Source: Acidobacteriota bacterium (GTDB taxonomy: Bacteria > Acidobacteriota > Vicinamibacteria > Fen-336). From it: a stretch of DNA of 64,000 nt. Below the pieces are notes generated by a model. It was not told where the DNA came from. It ran no database searches and saw only the letters and a list, made by a program, of their open reading frames with translations. This document shows positions 10,138 to 19,847 of the stretch, in pieces. The DNA lies in the NCBI GenBank assembly GCA_022340545.1, contig JAJDNV010000159.1, forward strand, positions 21,872 through 85,871, written 5' to 3'. Numbering within the stretch: the stretch's first letter is position 1; each line of letters opens with the position of its first letter. The position numbers and the translations under genes were made by a program.

Positions 10138-11694
10138 ATGGACTACGCAGAGGGCCTCAAGAAGGAGGTCGCCGAGACCAAGTTCCTGATCCACGACCTG
10201 CGGGTGCAGTGGTTCTTCAACGAGGTCATCCACTACCACGTCAGCCTCAACACCGACCTCGAGGTCCACGGTGTCGAGCAGGCGCAGATCCTCCACGGGG
10301 CCGACCTCGACGAGCTCAAGGCCAAGGCCCGGGAGGTGCGGAAGCACCTCCGGGAGTACTCGAACGCGGTCACCAACTTCTCGCCGGACCGGACCGTCCT
10401 GGCCAGCGGCAAGAGCTACATCCAGGCGATCTTCGACATGTGCACGCTGATCCTGAACCCCATGTGGGGGAGGATCGATCGGGTCCTGTCCTTTCTGCCG
10501 TCGGAGTCGCGCTCGGTGCGGTCCCGCTCCCACTACCGGAACTGCATCCGCTGGATCTGCGGTGTCTACCGCCGCCTCGATCACTTCCTGGCCGAGCAGG
10601 GGGGCCAGGACACCCACGAGCAGTTCGACCTCGCCGACGACCTGCTGGACTACGCCCACCACACCCTCATCGGCTACGTCGTCGAAAGGAGCGCGGCCCG
10701 GGTGGAGCTCCGGCTCGACCGCCTGGACCACGCGGTTCTCGGCGGCCGGCGGCACCGCTTCCGGCGCATGTTCTTCAACCTGATCATGAACGCGGTGGAC
10801 GCCATGCGCTCCCGGAAGGTGGGGGTGGTCCACGCCAGCGCCGTGGTGGAGGGCGACGAGGTCAGTCTCCGGGTGAGCGACAACGGCGCGGGGATGTCCC
10901 CGGAGAAGATCGAGCAGCTCCTGGCGGACAAGGAGACCCTCGACGGAGAGCTCCACTCCCTGGGCTTTGTCTTCGTGCGGCAGACCGTCGCCGAGTTCGG
11001 CGGCACCCTGGAGATCACCAGCGAGGAGGGCCACGGCACCACGGTCACGATCCGCCTCCCGCACCTGCGCGACGCGGTGCCCACCCCGCGCATGCGCTAC
11101 GACTGCGAGAAGCTCGACCTGCTCAAGGAGGACGACCGCGGAGAGCCCGAGATCGGGAGGGTGACGACCACGGGGGCTCGTGCACTCCTCCCCGTCACGG
11201 AAGGCGCCGCCTGGGGCGAGACGATCCTCGAGGACTACCGGATCTCAGGTGCGGAACACCCGGGCTGCATCTTTGCCATCGGGGTGACCGAGGGGGACGA
11301 GGTCGACTACTTCACTCACAAGCCCTACGAGCGGCTCTGGAACCTCACCCACGAGGATCTCGCCCCCATGTTCTTCCGGGCCACCGTGCGGGGGCGGCTG
11401 GAGGAGGACGAGGAGAGACACCCGGTCCTGATCGTCAAGGCCCCGCACAGCGTGCGCGACTACTTCGAGTTCAAGGAGGTGCCGGAGGAGGAGCGGAGCG
11501 CCGAGACCTACGTCCGGATGGTGCACGACGAGTACGTCCGCATCGCGCGCAAGCTCATCGCCTCGGGCATGGACGGCCGTACGGGCGTCTACGTCACCGA
11601 GATCGAGAAGTTCTTCGCCGACCGCCCCGAGCTGATCGAGACGGAGCCGTTCCGGCTGGAACGCCTGGCGGACCAGAAGCTCAGCACCGAGTAG
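10138..11694 (+). CDS. GHKL/HATPase_c-domain protein (histidine-kinase-like ATPase) with uncharacterised N- and C-terminal regions
   Basis: ATG at 10138 preceded by GAGGAG. HATPase N/G1/G2 boxes: FFNLIMNAVDAM, VSDNGAGMSPEKIEQL, GFVFVRQTVAEFGGTLEITSEEGHGTTVTIRLP. No TM segment and no canonical HisKA H-box. Confidence 0.6.
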   Translation: MDYAEGLKKEVAETKFLIHDLRVQWFFNEVIHYHVSLNTDLEVHGVEQAQILHGADLDELKAKAREVRKHLREYSNAVTNFSPDRTVLASGKSYIQAIFDMCTLILNPMWGRIDRVLSFLPSESRSVRSRSHYRNCIRWICGVYRRLDHFLAEQGGQDTHEQFDLADDLLDYAHHTLIGYVVERSAARVELRLDRLDHAVLGGRRHRFRRMFFNLIMNAVDAMRSRKVGVVHASAVVEGDEVSLRVSDNGAGMSPEKIEQLLADKETLDGELHSLGFVFVRQTVAEFGGTLEITSEEGHGTTVTIRLPHLRDAVPTPRMRYDCEKLDLLKEDDRGEPEIGRVTTTGARALLPVTEGAAWGETILEDYRISGAEHPGCIFAIGVTEGDEVDYFTHKPYERLWNLTHEDLAPMFFRATVRGRLEEDEERHPVLIVKAPHSVRDYFEFKEVPEEERSAETYVRMVHDEYVRIARKLIASGMDGRTGVYVTEIEKFFADRPELIETEPFRLERLADQKLSTE

Positions 11695-11785
11695 GGCGAG
11701 TTTCGGCCGCCTGTCCCCCTCTTGGGGCGAGGCGGGCGTCCGGGCCCATCCCCGCGACTTTGACTCCCCCAGGTGGATGGGTAGG

Positions 11786-11914
11786 TGGGTACCGGTGCGA
11801 CTGGACTCCAGGCCAGGCCCATCCGCGTGTCCCTTCCCTGGGGACACGCGGATGTGCGTGGCCTATCTCAAGCCTTTCCCTCCCCCTACGTGGGGAGGGA
11901 TAGGGTGGGGGGTC
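11786..11914 (-). repeat. ~110-bp intergenic hairpin repeat element, copy B (inverted orientation)
   Basis: Reverse complement matches copy C over GACCCCCCACCCTATCCCTCCCCACGTAGGGGGAGGGAAAGGCTTGAGATAGGCCACG, then CGCGTGTCCCCAGGGAAGGGACACGCGG. Between convergent genes. Confidence 0.6.
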
Positions 11915-11934
11915 AATGAATGATCTGTGCCGAG

Positions 11935-13239
11935 CTACTTCTTGGCGGCCACTTCCTCCAGCATCGCGGTCGTCACCGACTTCGGCCGCTCGATCGGGTA
12001 GCCGAGAGCGCGGTCCCAGATGATGTTGCACATGACGCCCAGGGCCCGCCCGATTCCGAACAGCACGGTGTAGAAGTCGTACTCCTGCAGGCCGTAGTAC
12101 CACTGGATGACGCCGGACTGGGCGTCGACGTTCGGCCAGGGGTTCTTGGCCTTCCCCTGCTCCTCCAGGATCGGCGGCGTCACCTTGTACAGGATGTCGA
12201 CGTACTTGAAGATCGGGTCGTCGGGGAGGTGCTTCAGGCAGAAGTTGCGCTGCTCCATGTAGCGGGGGTCGGTCTTGCGCAGGACGGCGTGACCGAAGCC
12301 CGGGATGACCTGTCCCGAGTTCAGGGTGTCCCAGACGAACTTCTTCATCTCCTCTTCGCTCGGGACCTTCCCGCCCATCTGATCCATCACGCCCTGGATC
12401 CAGCGGAGAACCTCCTGGTTGGCGAGCCCGTGCAGAGGCCCGGCCAGGCCGTTGATCATCGCGGAGGCCGCGTAGTAGGGGTCGGAGAGCGCGCTGGCCA
12501 CGAGGTGGCCGGTGTGGGCGCTGACGTTGCCGCTCTCGTGGTCGCTGTGGAGGAGGAAGTACAGGCGGGCGACGTCGTCGTAGGGCTTGTCGATGCCCAT
12601 CATGTGGGCGAAGTTGCCACCCATGTCCAGGGTGAAGTCCGGGGCGATCGGCGTGTCGGCCCGGTATTTCATCCGGAAGATGTAGGCCCCGAGAGTGGGC
12701 AGCCGGGCCAGCAGATTCATCGCGTCTTCGTAGGTGGGGTCCCAGAGGTCCATCTTGGAGAGACCCTCGTTGTAGCGCTTCACGAAGACGGAGTCCCGCT
12801 GCATGCACAGGATCCCCGCCGAGAACATGGTCATCGGGTGGGTGTCGCGGGGCATGGCCCGGAGAACGTCGAAGACGTACTGGGGCACCCGCGAGCGGGT
12901 CTTGAACTCCTCGGCGACCGCCTCCGTGTCTTTCTTGGTCGGGATGTCGCCGGTCAGCAGCAGGTAGAGGAAACCCTCCACGTAGGGCATCTCACCGCCC
13001 GGCACCTTCGGCAGCTTCTCGAGCGTCTCGGGGATGGTGTACCCCCGGAAGCGAATGCCCTCGTTGGGATCCAGGTAGGAGATATCCGTGACGAGGCACT
13101 TCACCCCTCTCGCCCCACCGATGGCCTGGGCGATCGTCACGTCTCCGACCTTGACGTCACCGTGCTTCTTCAGCAGGGCGGTGGTGCGCGGGCGCCAGGC
13201 CTCGATCTTCTCCCGCAGCGTCTCCTTCAGCTTCGACAT
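11935..13239 (-). CDS. gltA: citrate synthase
   Basis: Full-length. GFGHAVLRKTDPRY and HSDHESGNVSAHTGHLVASALSDPY are citrate synthase signatures. Confidence 0.9.
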   Translation of the reverse strand: MSKLKETLREKIEAWRPRTTALLKKHGDVKVGDVTIAQAIGGARGVKCLVTDISYLDPNEGIRFRGYTIPETLEKLPKVPGGEMPYVEGFLYLLLTGDIPTKKDTEAVAEEFKTRSRVPQYVFDVLRAMPRDTHPMTMFSAGILCMQRDSVFVKRYNEGLSKMDLWDPTYEDAMNLLARLPTLGAYIFRMKYRADTPIAPDFTLDMGGNFAHMMGIDKPYDDVARLYFLLHSDHESGNVSAHTGHLVASALSDPYYAASAMINGLAGPLHGLANQEVLRWIQGVMDQMGGKVPSEEEMKKFVWDTLNSGQVIPGFGHAVLRKTDPRYMEQRNFCLKHLPDDPIFKYVDILYKVTPPILEEQGKAKNPWPNVDAQSGVIQWYYGLQEYDFYTVLFGIGRALGVMCNIIWDRALGYPIERPKSVTTAMLEEVAAKK

Positions 13240-13489
13240 GGATTCCTCCTAGACGGAATGATGCAATCGCCCCAGAAGGACTGGGGTTCCCCCGTGCCGC
13301 AGGTTCTCAAACAACGAGGCTGAGCCTCCAGCTGAGGACACACCGGCGGAAACTATCACACTCGGAACCTAGCACCCCGAGGAACCGCTCGTCCATGATC
13401 CCGAGGTTTCACCGGGCCTTCCCGGCGCCCCGGGGCCACGACGGGTGGGCACCGCGGGAGGTCCGGGCGGAGCCGATCACCCCGAGGGC

Positions 13490-15937
13490 TCAGACGATGA
13501 CCGCCGTGGCGGTGCTCCCCCCGGAGCGCCGCACCTCCAGGCGGGCGGGGAGACGCTCGGCCAGCTCCCGAACGTGGGTGACGACGCCGACCACCCGCTG
13601 GCCGCCATGGAGGGCGTCCAGCGCGGAAACGACGGTGTCGAGCGTCTCGCCGTCGAGCGTTCCGAACCCCTCGTCCAGGAACAAGCTCTCGAGGGCCTCC
13701 GCCGCCCGGCCGCCGGCCGAGAGCCGGGCCAGGCTCTCGGCGAGGGCCAGGGCGAGGGCGAGGGAGGCCAGAAAGGTCTCCCCCCCGGACAGTGTCCGGA
13801 CCGAGCGGATACCGTCGGCGTTCCAGTGATCGACGACGAAGAAGTCCTGCTCGGCCCGCGCCCCCGCACCCGCGGTCTCGCCCGAGCCCAGGCGCAGCGC
13901 ATAGCGTCCCTGGGAGAGCAGTGCCAGGTGGTGGGAGCCGTCTGCGGCGAGCCGCCGCAACGCCTCCTCCTGGATCCAGGCCACGAGCTCGTTGGCCCGC
14001 AGGTGATCGGACAGCGTCTTGAGAAGCGCGGCCTCGGCGTCGAGCCGGGTCTTCTTCTCCCGCAGCTCGGTGGCCCGGACGATCTTCCTTCCGAGACGCT
14101 CGACCTCGCCGCGGAGAGCTCCCACGCGCGTGGCGAGCGCGTTCGACTCTTGTTGACGCGCGGAGCGGCGCGCCTCGAGCGTGTCGACCTCGTCTCCACC
14201 TGCGTCGCGCCGCTCGAGAGGGTCCCAGCCCTCACGTGTGGCGAGATCGCCGAGCGCGGGCTCGATCTGCTCCACGATCGCGGACGCCGCCTCGCGCCGG
14301 GCGGAGATCTCCTCGAGCCGGGCGATCGCACCGTCCCTCCGTGCGGCGGCCGCGGCAAGCTCGGCCTGCAGCCCGGAGAGCTTCTCCTCGATTGTCCTCC
14401 GCTTTGCCTCGAGATCGATCTTTGCCCGTTGCGCGGCGTCGAGCGTCTTCAGCTCGGACTGGATCTCCTCCAGGAGGCGGGGCGCGTCGGCCACGTCGTC
14501 GCCTCCGAACCCTGCCGCGCGAAGATCGTTTGCCAGCTCGGCGCCCGAGGACGTCAGCTGCCCCGCCTGCTCCTCGACCTGAGCGAGCTCACGTCTCAGG
14601 CCCGCCGCCCCGGCCTGGGCCTTCTGGAGGTCCAGCCGGGCCGTCTCGGCGGCGGCGGTGGCGGCTCGCGCGGCCTTCTGCGCGCGGGTGACGCGCGCCT
14701 CAGCCTGGTCGAGCGCGAGGGCGTCGGCCTTCGGCACCGCCGGCACCGTCTGCTCGCACACCGGGCACGGCTCCCCGACCGTCAGCTCACGGCGCAGGGC
14801 CGCCGCCGCGTGCCGCCGGTGGGTCTCCTCCCGCTCCTCCCGTGCCGCCTGGAGCTCAGCCTCGGCCTCGCGCTGAGCGCCTTCGGCGGCCGGGACCGCG
14901 GATTCGGCCGCGACGAGGGCCGTCTGCCCCGCTTCGAGAAACGACTGCTTCTCGGCCCGCGCTTCGGCGAGCCTCTCGAGCTGTGCTCGGAGGGAGGCCA
15001 GCTGCTCTGCCTGCGGCTTCGCGGTCAGGAGGGTCCGCTGCCACTCGAGGTCGAGGCCCAGCCGGTCGATCTGCCCGGCCCGGGCCTCCAGCTCGCCCTC
15101 GAGCGCGGCGCGCGTCTCGTCGCCGCGAGCCAGCATGTCCTCGGCCGCCTTGCGCTTCTCCTCTTCCTGCGCGGCGTCTCGTGCCTGCCCGTCGATCTCC
15201 TGGCGGGCGGTGCGGAGCTTCCGGGCCAGCGTGAGGCCCTCGCCCAGGGCGGCCTGGGTCTTCTCGAGGGCGGCGACCTCCTCCTCGGCCTTCGCGAGCT
15301 CACCGCCTCGCTCCTCGAGCGTCTCGCGGGTGGCGTCCGCGAAGTCCCGCTCGAGCTGCTCCGCGATGAAGGCCGTCTCCTTCCGGGCGTCGGCGTTCTT
15401 CTGGTTGGCCAGCCTCTGGACGGCGTCGTAGATGCCCAGGTTGAGGAGCGACACCAGGATCTTCCGCCGCTCCTTCGGCTCGCCCTTGAGGAACTCGTCG
15501 AACTGCCCCTGCGGGAGGACCACCGCACGCGTGAACCCGTCGTAGTCGAGGCCGAGGATCTGCTCGATGTGAGACCGGATCTCCCGGGCCTTGTCCGCGA
15601 GCGGCTGCGCCTCGGCACCCTCCACGCGCTCGAGACGCTGCTTCGACGCCCCGGCCGGGCGCGCGGTGCGGGCCACCCGGTAGCGCAGCCTCGAGCGCCC
15701 CACCTCGAACTCCAGGAGGACGTTGAGACGCTCGGCACCGTGGCTGATGAGCTGCTTGTAGTCGTCACCGACCCGCGGCACCTGGCCGTAGAGCGCGAAC
15801 ACCAGCGCGTCGATGAGGGAGGACTTCCCGGACCCCGTCGGCCCGGTGATGGCGAACAGGTCGAGGCCGGAGAAGTCGATCGATTGCTTCTCCCGAAACG
15901 AGGTGAAGCCCTCGACCTCGAGCCGGATCGGTCTCAC
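13490..15937 (-). CDS. sbcC: SbcC/Rad50-like exonuclease ATPase subunit
   Basis: N-terminal Walker A (AITGPTGSGKSSLIDALVFALYG), long coiled-coil, C-terminal signature/Walker B (LSGGETFLASLALALA...LFLDEGFGTLD). Confidence 0.85.
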   Translation of the reverse strand: MRPIRLEVEGFTSFREKQSIDFSGLDLFAITGPTGSGKSSLIDALVFALYGQVPRVGDDYKQLISHGAERLNVLLEFEVGRSRLRYRVARTARPAGASKQRLERVEGAEAQPLADKAREIRSHIEQILGLDYDGFTRAVVLPQGQFDEFLKGEPKERRKILVSLLNLGIYDAVQRLANQKNADARKETAFIAEQLERDFADATRETLEERGGELAKAEEEVAALEKTQAALGEGLTLARKLRTARQEIDGQARDAAQEEEKRKAAEDMLARGDETRAALEGELEARAGQIDRLGLDLEWQRTLLTAKPQAEQLASLRAQLERLAEARAEKQSFLEAGQTALVAAESAVPAAEGAQREAEAELQAAREEREETHRRHAAAALRRELTVGEPCPVCEQTVPAVPKADALALDQAEARVTRAQKAARAATAAAETARLDLQKAQAGAAGLRRELAQVEEQAGQLTSSGAELANDLRAAGFGGDDVADAPRLLEEIQSELKTLDAAQRAKIDLEAKRRTIEEKLSGLQAELAAAAARRDGAIARLEEISARREAASAIVEQIEPALGDLATREGWDPLERRDAGGDEVDTLEARRSARQQESNALATRVGALRGEVERLGRKIVRATELREKKTRLDAEAALLKTLSDHLRANELVAWIQEEALRRLAADGSHHLALLSQGRYALRLGSGETAGAGARAEQDFFVVDHWNADGIRSVRTLSGGETFLASLALALALAESLARLSAGGRAAEALESLFLDEGFGTLDGETLDTVVSALDALHGGQRVVGVVTHVRELAERLPARLEVRRSGGSTATAVIV

Positions 15938-17094
15938 CGCTGCGCCTCGTCGTAGAGAGTCTGGAAGAGCTTCTTCAGCTCATCCGAAGGCGGCGCGCCG
16001 TTCTTCCGCGAGTAGTACCGCGTGAACAGCTCCGCCGGCTCGAGCTGCGTGCGGGGAGACTCCTCCTCGCTGGGCTCGGCACCCTCGTCTCGAGGATGAT
16101 CGACGGTCACGTCGAGGGCGTTCGGAAGAAGCTCCTTCACCTGCTCCGCGAGCCCCGGCACCGGTGCCTCCGTCTTCACCGTGACCCGAAGGAAGGCGTC
16201 GTCCACCTCCCCGGCCATGTGCCGCAGCTCTTCGAGCGTCCCTTCCACGTCCCGAAGCCGCCGGCCCGACGTGACCGGCACCTCTTCGACCGAGGCAACC
16301 TGGGCCGGCTTCGCCTCGACGATGACCACGCGCTTCTCCTGCTCCTTTTCCCCAAAGTCGAGCTCGATGAGGGAGCCCGAGTACAGCGTCCTCGATGGCG
16401 CCATCACCTCTTGTGGGCGGTGCAGATGGCCGAGGCCGATGTACTGCAGGGAGGACGGGAGCTGCTGCGGGTTCAGTCCGTATATGTCGCCCAGGTGGAG
16501 CTTGCGCTCCCCGGTGCCGAACAGCGAGCCCGCCACGAGCAGGTGGCCGATGAGGAGATTGACGGTCGACGGTGGAAGGTCCTTCACGAGCTCGGCGAGG
16601 ATCTGTTCGAGGCGCTCCGAGTAGGTCTCGTACCACGTGTGCTCGGGATCCATCACCGCGCAGGCGTCCCCGACCTTGCGCTCGGGTACGAACGGCAGCA
16701 CGGCCACCCGTGCCTCTTCGGCGCCGTCCCGCGACGCCAGCGAGACGATCCCACCCTGCGCCGGCGGCCGGACCTCGGCCCGGACATGGATCCGAAGGCC
16801 TTCGAGGAGCGACGCCAGCGCGCCCAGCTTCTTGGGGTGGTCGTGGTTTCCGGCGATCAGGACGGCGGCGATCCCCTCGGGCAGCAGTCGCGCCAGGAAG
16901 TCGTAGACGAGCTTCTCGGCCTCGGGCGGAGGCGCCGGCGAGTCGAAGATGTCGCCAGCGACGAGGACTGCGTCCACCCGGCGGTCGACGGCGATGTCGG
17001 CCACCTCCCGGAGCGCGGCCGCGTACTCGTCCATCCGGGAGCGACCCCGCAGGGGCTTGCCCACGTGCCAGTCGGCGGTGTGAAGGAGGCGCAC
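15934..17094 (-). CDS. sbcD: SbcD/Mre11-like nuclease subunit
   Basis: MRLLHTADWHVGK...DAVLVAGDIFD...IAGNHDH calcineurin-like phosphoesterase motifs. 4-bp overlap with sbcC. Confidence 0.85.
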   Translation of the reverse strand: MRLLHTADWHVGKPLRGRSRMDEYAAALREVADIAVDRRVDAVLVAGDIFDSPAPPPEAEKLVYDFLARLLPEGIAAVLIAGNHDHPKKLGALASLLEGLRIHVRAEVRPPAQGGIVSLASRDGAEEARVAVLPFVPERKVGDACAVMDPEHTWYETYSERLEQILAELVKDLPPSTVNLLIGHLLVAGSLFGTGERKLHLGDIYGLNPQQLPSSLQYIGLGHLHRPQEVMAPSRTLYSGSLIELDFGEKEQEKRVVIVEAKPAQVASVEEVPVTSGRRLRDVEGTLEELRHMAGEVDDAFLRVTVKTEAPVPGLAEQVKELLPNALDVTVDHPRDEGAEPSEEESPRTQLEPAELFTRYYSRKNGAPPSDELKKLFQTLYDEAQR

Positions 17095-17097
17095 CGC

Positions 17098-18792
17098 TCA
17101 GTCGTCCCTGAAGCCCTTGAAGACGTCGGCCTCGGCGACCGTCGCCGCGACCTCGGTCTTGCGCGTGGCCCACGCCGGGAACGGGAAGCGCACGAGGAGA
17201 GGCGTCGGGATCTCGGGCTGCTGAACGATCATCGTCCCCGGCTTGAGGATGCCCGCCCGTCCCCGGGCGGCGGCGGGGAGGAAGCCATACTCCGAGCGTT
17301 CCGCCTCCGCGGTGTCGAGCCGTCCCACCACCCGGAGCGCGGCGTTGGCGACGATGCGCCCCTCGACCTCGCTTGCGGTCTGCTGCGCTCCGACGAGGAC
17401 GACGCCCAGGCTGCGGCCGCGCTCGGAGATGTCGAGGAGCACCTCCTTGATGGGCCCCGAGCCCTCGCGCGGGGCGTACTTGTTGAGCTCGTCGAGGACG
17501 ACGAAGACGAGCGGCCGCGCCGTTCCCAGCGACTCCTTCTGCTCGAACATCCGCTTGAGGACGGCACCCACCACGAACCTCTTGGCCCGGTCGTGGAGCG
17601 CGTGGATGTCGACGACGCTCACCTGGGTTCGCCTCCACTCCAGGGCGTGCTCCTCGCGCCGGCCGACGTCCGCTCCCCGGATGAGGTGACCCACGTGCCG
17701 AGCCGCCGCGCGCAGCCGCCGCTCGAAGGCCGCCACCGTGCCCGGGGCGGCCGACCGGGCCCACAGCTCGGCCAGCGATCGTTCTTCCGCATCCCGATCA
17801 CGGTCGGTCAGCGTCTCGACGAGGGTGTCGAACGTCTCGATCCTCCGTCCCTCGACCTCGATCCACGGGTCCTTCGGACCCCCGCTCGCCTTCGCCTCCG
17901 CCACCAGCCTGGCCTCGATCAGGTCGACGACGAAGCTGAGCTGGCTGGAGGCATCCTCCGCCTCGGCGAAGAGGAACCTGAGGAGCCGCTCCGTGACGAC
18001 CTCTCGAATCGTCCAGAAGAACGAGGCGACGCCCTTCTGGCGGCTTCCGGTCGCGGGCAAGCGCTCCCGTGAGCCCGGACGCACCGGGGCCAGGACCTGC
18101 ACCGAGTCGAAGGCCTCGGCCGGGAGCCCGAGCCTCCCGTAGTCCTCGCGCGCCGGCGCCGTGAGACGCGCGTTGGGCTGGTCGAGGAAGAGCAGGTCCT
18201 CTCCCTTCACGTTGAAGACGATCGCATGGGTGTTCGGGGCCTCGCCCCCGAGGGCCCCCGAGCGGAAGAGGCTGTGGAGGAGAAACGTGGCGTAGCTGGT
18301 CTTCGTCGCCACCCCCGAGATGCCCGAGATGTTGACGTGGGCCCCGCGTGAGCCGTCGAGGAAGTCGAGGTTGGCGAAGACGGGCTCGCCGTCGCGGGAG
18401 AGGCCGATCGGCAGCCGTCTCTCCATACCATCAAAGAAGAGCGCCTGGTCCCGCCGCTCCCCCACCGCGCGCCGGACCGGCTGCCCCGGCCGCGGCGGGA
18501 CGAAGATCTCGGGCTCGACCCGCGTGACCCGCACATGGGCGGCGTGGGCCACGGTCGCGGGGAGAATGCCCTTCTCCACGAGGAAGACGTCGGAGTCGAA
18601 CGTGGCCCCCTCGTGCCGGGCCCGCACCAGGTCCACGACACCGTAGAGCCGCACCTCGGTCCCGTCCGGGAGAGGCGTGGTCACCTCGACGACGTCGTCG
18701 AGCTGGAGGTACTGGAGGTCCTCGACCCCGACCCAGAACTCGAGCGGCAGCGCGTCGAGGGTACCGAGAACACGACCGACGGGCGGGCTCAC
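17098..18792 (-). CDS. herA: HerA-like DNA helicase/translocase ATPase
   Basis: N-terminal HAS-barrel-like region (GRVLGTLDALPLEFWV...). The C-terminal block VFVVLDELNKYAP...ISERGRSLGVVLVGAQQTASEV...ALRVVGRL resembles HerA DEAH/arginine-finger motifs. Deviant Walker A (GISGVATKTS). Confidence 0.7.
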   Translation of the reverse strand: MSPPVGRVLGTLDALPLEFWVGVEDLQYLQLDDVVEVTTPLPDGTEVRLYGVVDLVRARHEGATFDSDVFLVEKGILPATVAHAAHVRVTRVEPEIFVPPRPGQPVRRAVGERRDQALFFDGMERRLPIGLSRDGEPVFANLDFLDGSRGAHVNISGISGVATKTSYATFLLHSLFRSGALGGEAPNTHAIVFNVKGEDLLFLDQPNARLTAPAREDYGRLGLPAEAFDSVQVLAPVRPGSRERLPATGSRQKGVASFFWTIREVVTERLLRFLFAEAEDASSQLSFVVDLIEARLVAEAKASGGPKDPWIEVEGRRIETFDTLVETLTDRDRDAEERSLAELWARSAAPGTVAAFERRLRAAARHVGHLIRGADVGRREEHALEWRRTQVSVVDIHALHDRAKRFVVGAVLKRMFEQKESLGTARPLVFVVLDELNKYAPREGSGPIKEVLLDISERGRSLGVVLVGAQQTASEVEGRIVANAALRVVGRLDTAEAERSEYGFLPAAARGRAGILKPGTMIVQQPEIPTPLLVRFPFPAWATRKTEVAATVAEADVFKGFRDD

Positions 18793-19763
18793 GCCGCCGC
18801 CTCCTCGTGGAGCCGCGTCTCGATGGCCCGACGGATCACCGCGTGGTCGCCGAGGAGGTGCTTGAGGCGTGCCTCGAGCGCCCCGATGGGGACGAGGTTT
18901 TGAGGGGCCCGCGGGTCACGGGCGGAATCGGAGGCGAAGCGGGGGAGCTCGCGCGCCGAGAGGTCGGCCAGATCCCGCGCCGCGTCCAGGCCGGGTCCCG
19001 ACGGCGCCTCGAGGCGCACGATCCCGGTGAGGGCGGAGTCGATGGGCCGGCCCTCGCCGATCCTCAGGTACCAGGAGTAGCGGGGCTCGCGCGCGGCCTC
19101 GACGAGGAAGAGGGGTGTGCGCTCGCCGACCTCGAGTCGCGGCAACAGAACGGAGGCGGCCGGGTCGAGGTAGGTGCGGAGCAGGCGCTTGACGAAGCCG
19201 ACGACCGGACCCCGAGCGGCCGCGGTCACGTAGGTCAAGGGGCCGTCGAGGAACACCACGGTCACCTCCGCGGCCAGGCGCTCGGCCAGGCCGGCCTCGC
19301 TGGCCCGCATGGCCTTCTGCAGGCCCTCGATCGGGGCCGCCGGTGTGTTCTCGGGCTCGGCCACCGGGTCGAAGACGACACCGATCTCACCGTCGCCGAT
19401 CGGGGCCTCGAAGGGAGCGAGGCGCAGGCCGGCACCGGTGACGGCGACCCGCCCGATCGCCTCGTGGGCGACGCGGGCCGTCTCCTCGATCACGGTCGCG
19501 CCCACCCCGTAGGATCCGAGCAGACCAAAGACCGTCCGGCTTCCGTCCTCGATCAGCAGACGGTGCTCGATGCGCCGCACCCCGTCGACGAAGGCGATGG
19601 CCCGCGAAGAGGGGACCCCGGTCGGGTGCACCGCGGCCCAGACAGACGACTCGACCCGGATGTCCACCCGGGCCGGCTCCTGCCCCTCGTCTCCGATCTG
19701 GATCGCGCCCTCGTACTCCGCCGCCCAGGGGTCGAGCCGGATCCGGGGCTCCTTCTCTCGCAT
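18789..19763 (-). CDS. nurA: NurA-like nuclease (candidate partner of HerA)
   Basis: 324 aa from the ATG at 19763 (MREKEPRI...). Its stop overlaps the herA start by 4 bp. Size and the N-terminal AIAFVDGV (IDGS-like) fit the NurA domain. The upstream ORF-track extension is junk. Confidence 0.55.
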   Translation of the reverse strand: MREKEPRIRLDPWAAEYEGAIQIGDEGQEPARVDIRVESSVWAAVHPTGVPSSRAIAFVDGVRRIEHRLLIEDGSRTVFGLLGSYGVGATVIEETARVAHEAIGRVAVTGAGLRLAPFEAPIGDGEIGVVFDPVAEPENTPAAPIEGLQKAMRASEAGLAERLAAEVTVVFLDGPLTYVTAAARGPVVGFVKRLLRTYLDPAASVLLPRLEVGERTPLFLVEAAREPRYSWYLRIGEGRPIDSALTGIVRLEAPSGPGLDAARDLADLSARELPRFASDSARDPRAPQNLVPIGALEARLKHLLGDHAVIRRAIETRLHEEAAA

Positions 19764-19847
19764 GAACGCCAGGAGTCTATCGCCTGGGCCCGCCGCGTCA
19801 GGTCCGCAAACCGGCGAACCCGCCCGGGCTGCTAACATCATCAGCTC

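Noticed and set aside
13445-18072. Plus-strand ORFs of 650-830 aa (13445-15955, 16096-18072) antisense to sbcC, sbcD and herA
   Set aside because: Low-complexity L/R/G/E repeats with no domain signatures. The minus-strand genes have clear SbcC, SbcD and HerA motifs.
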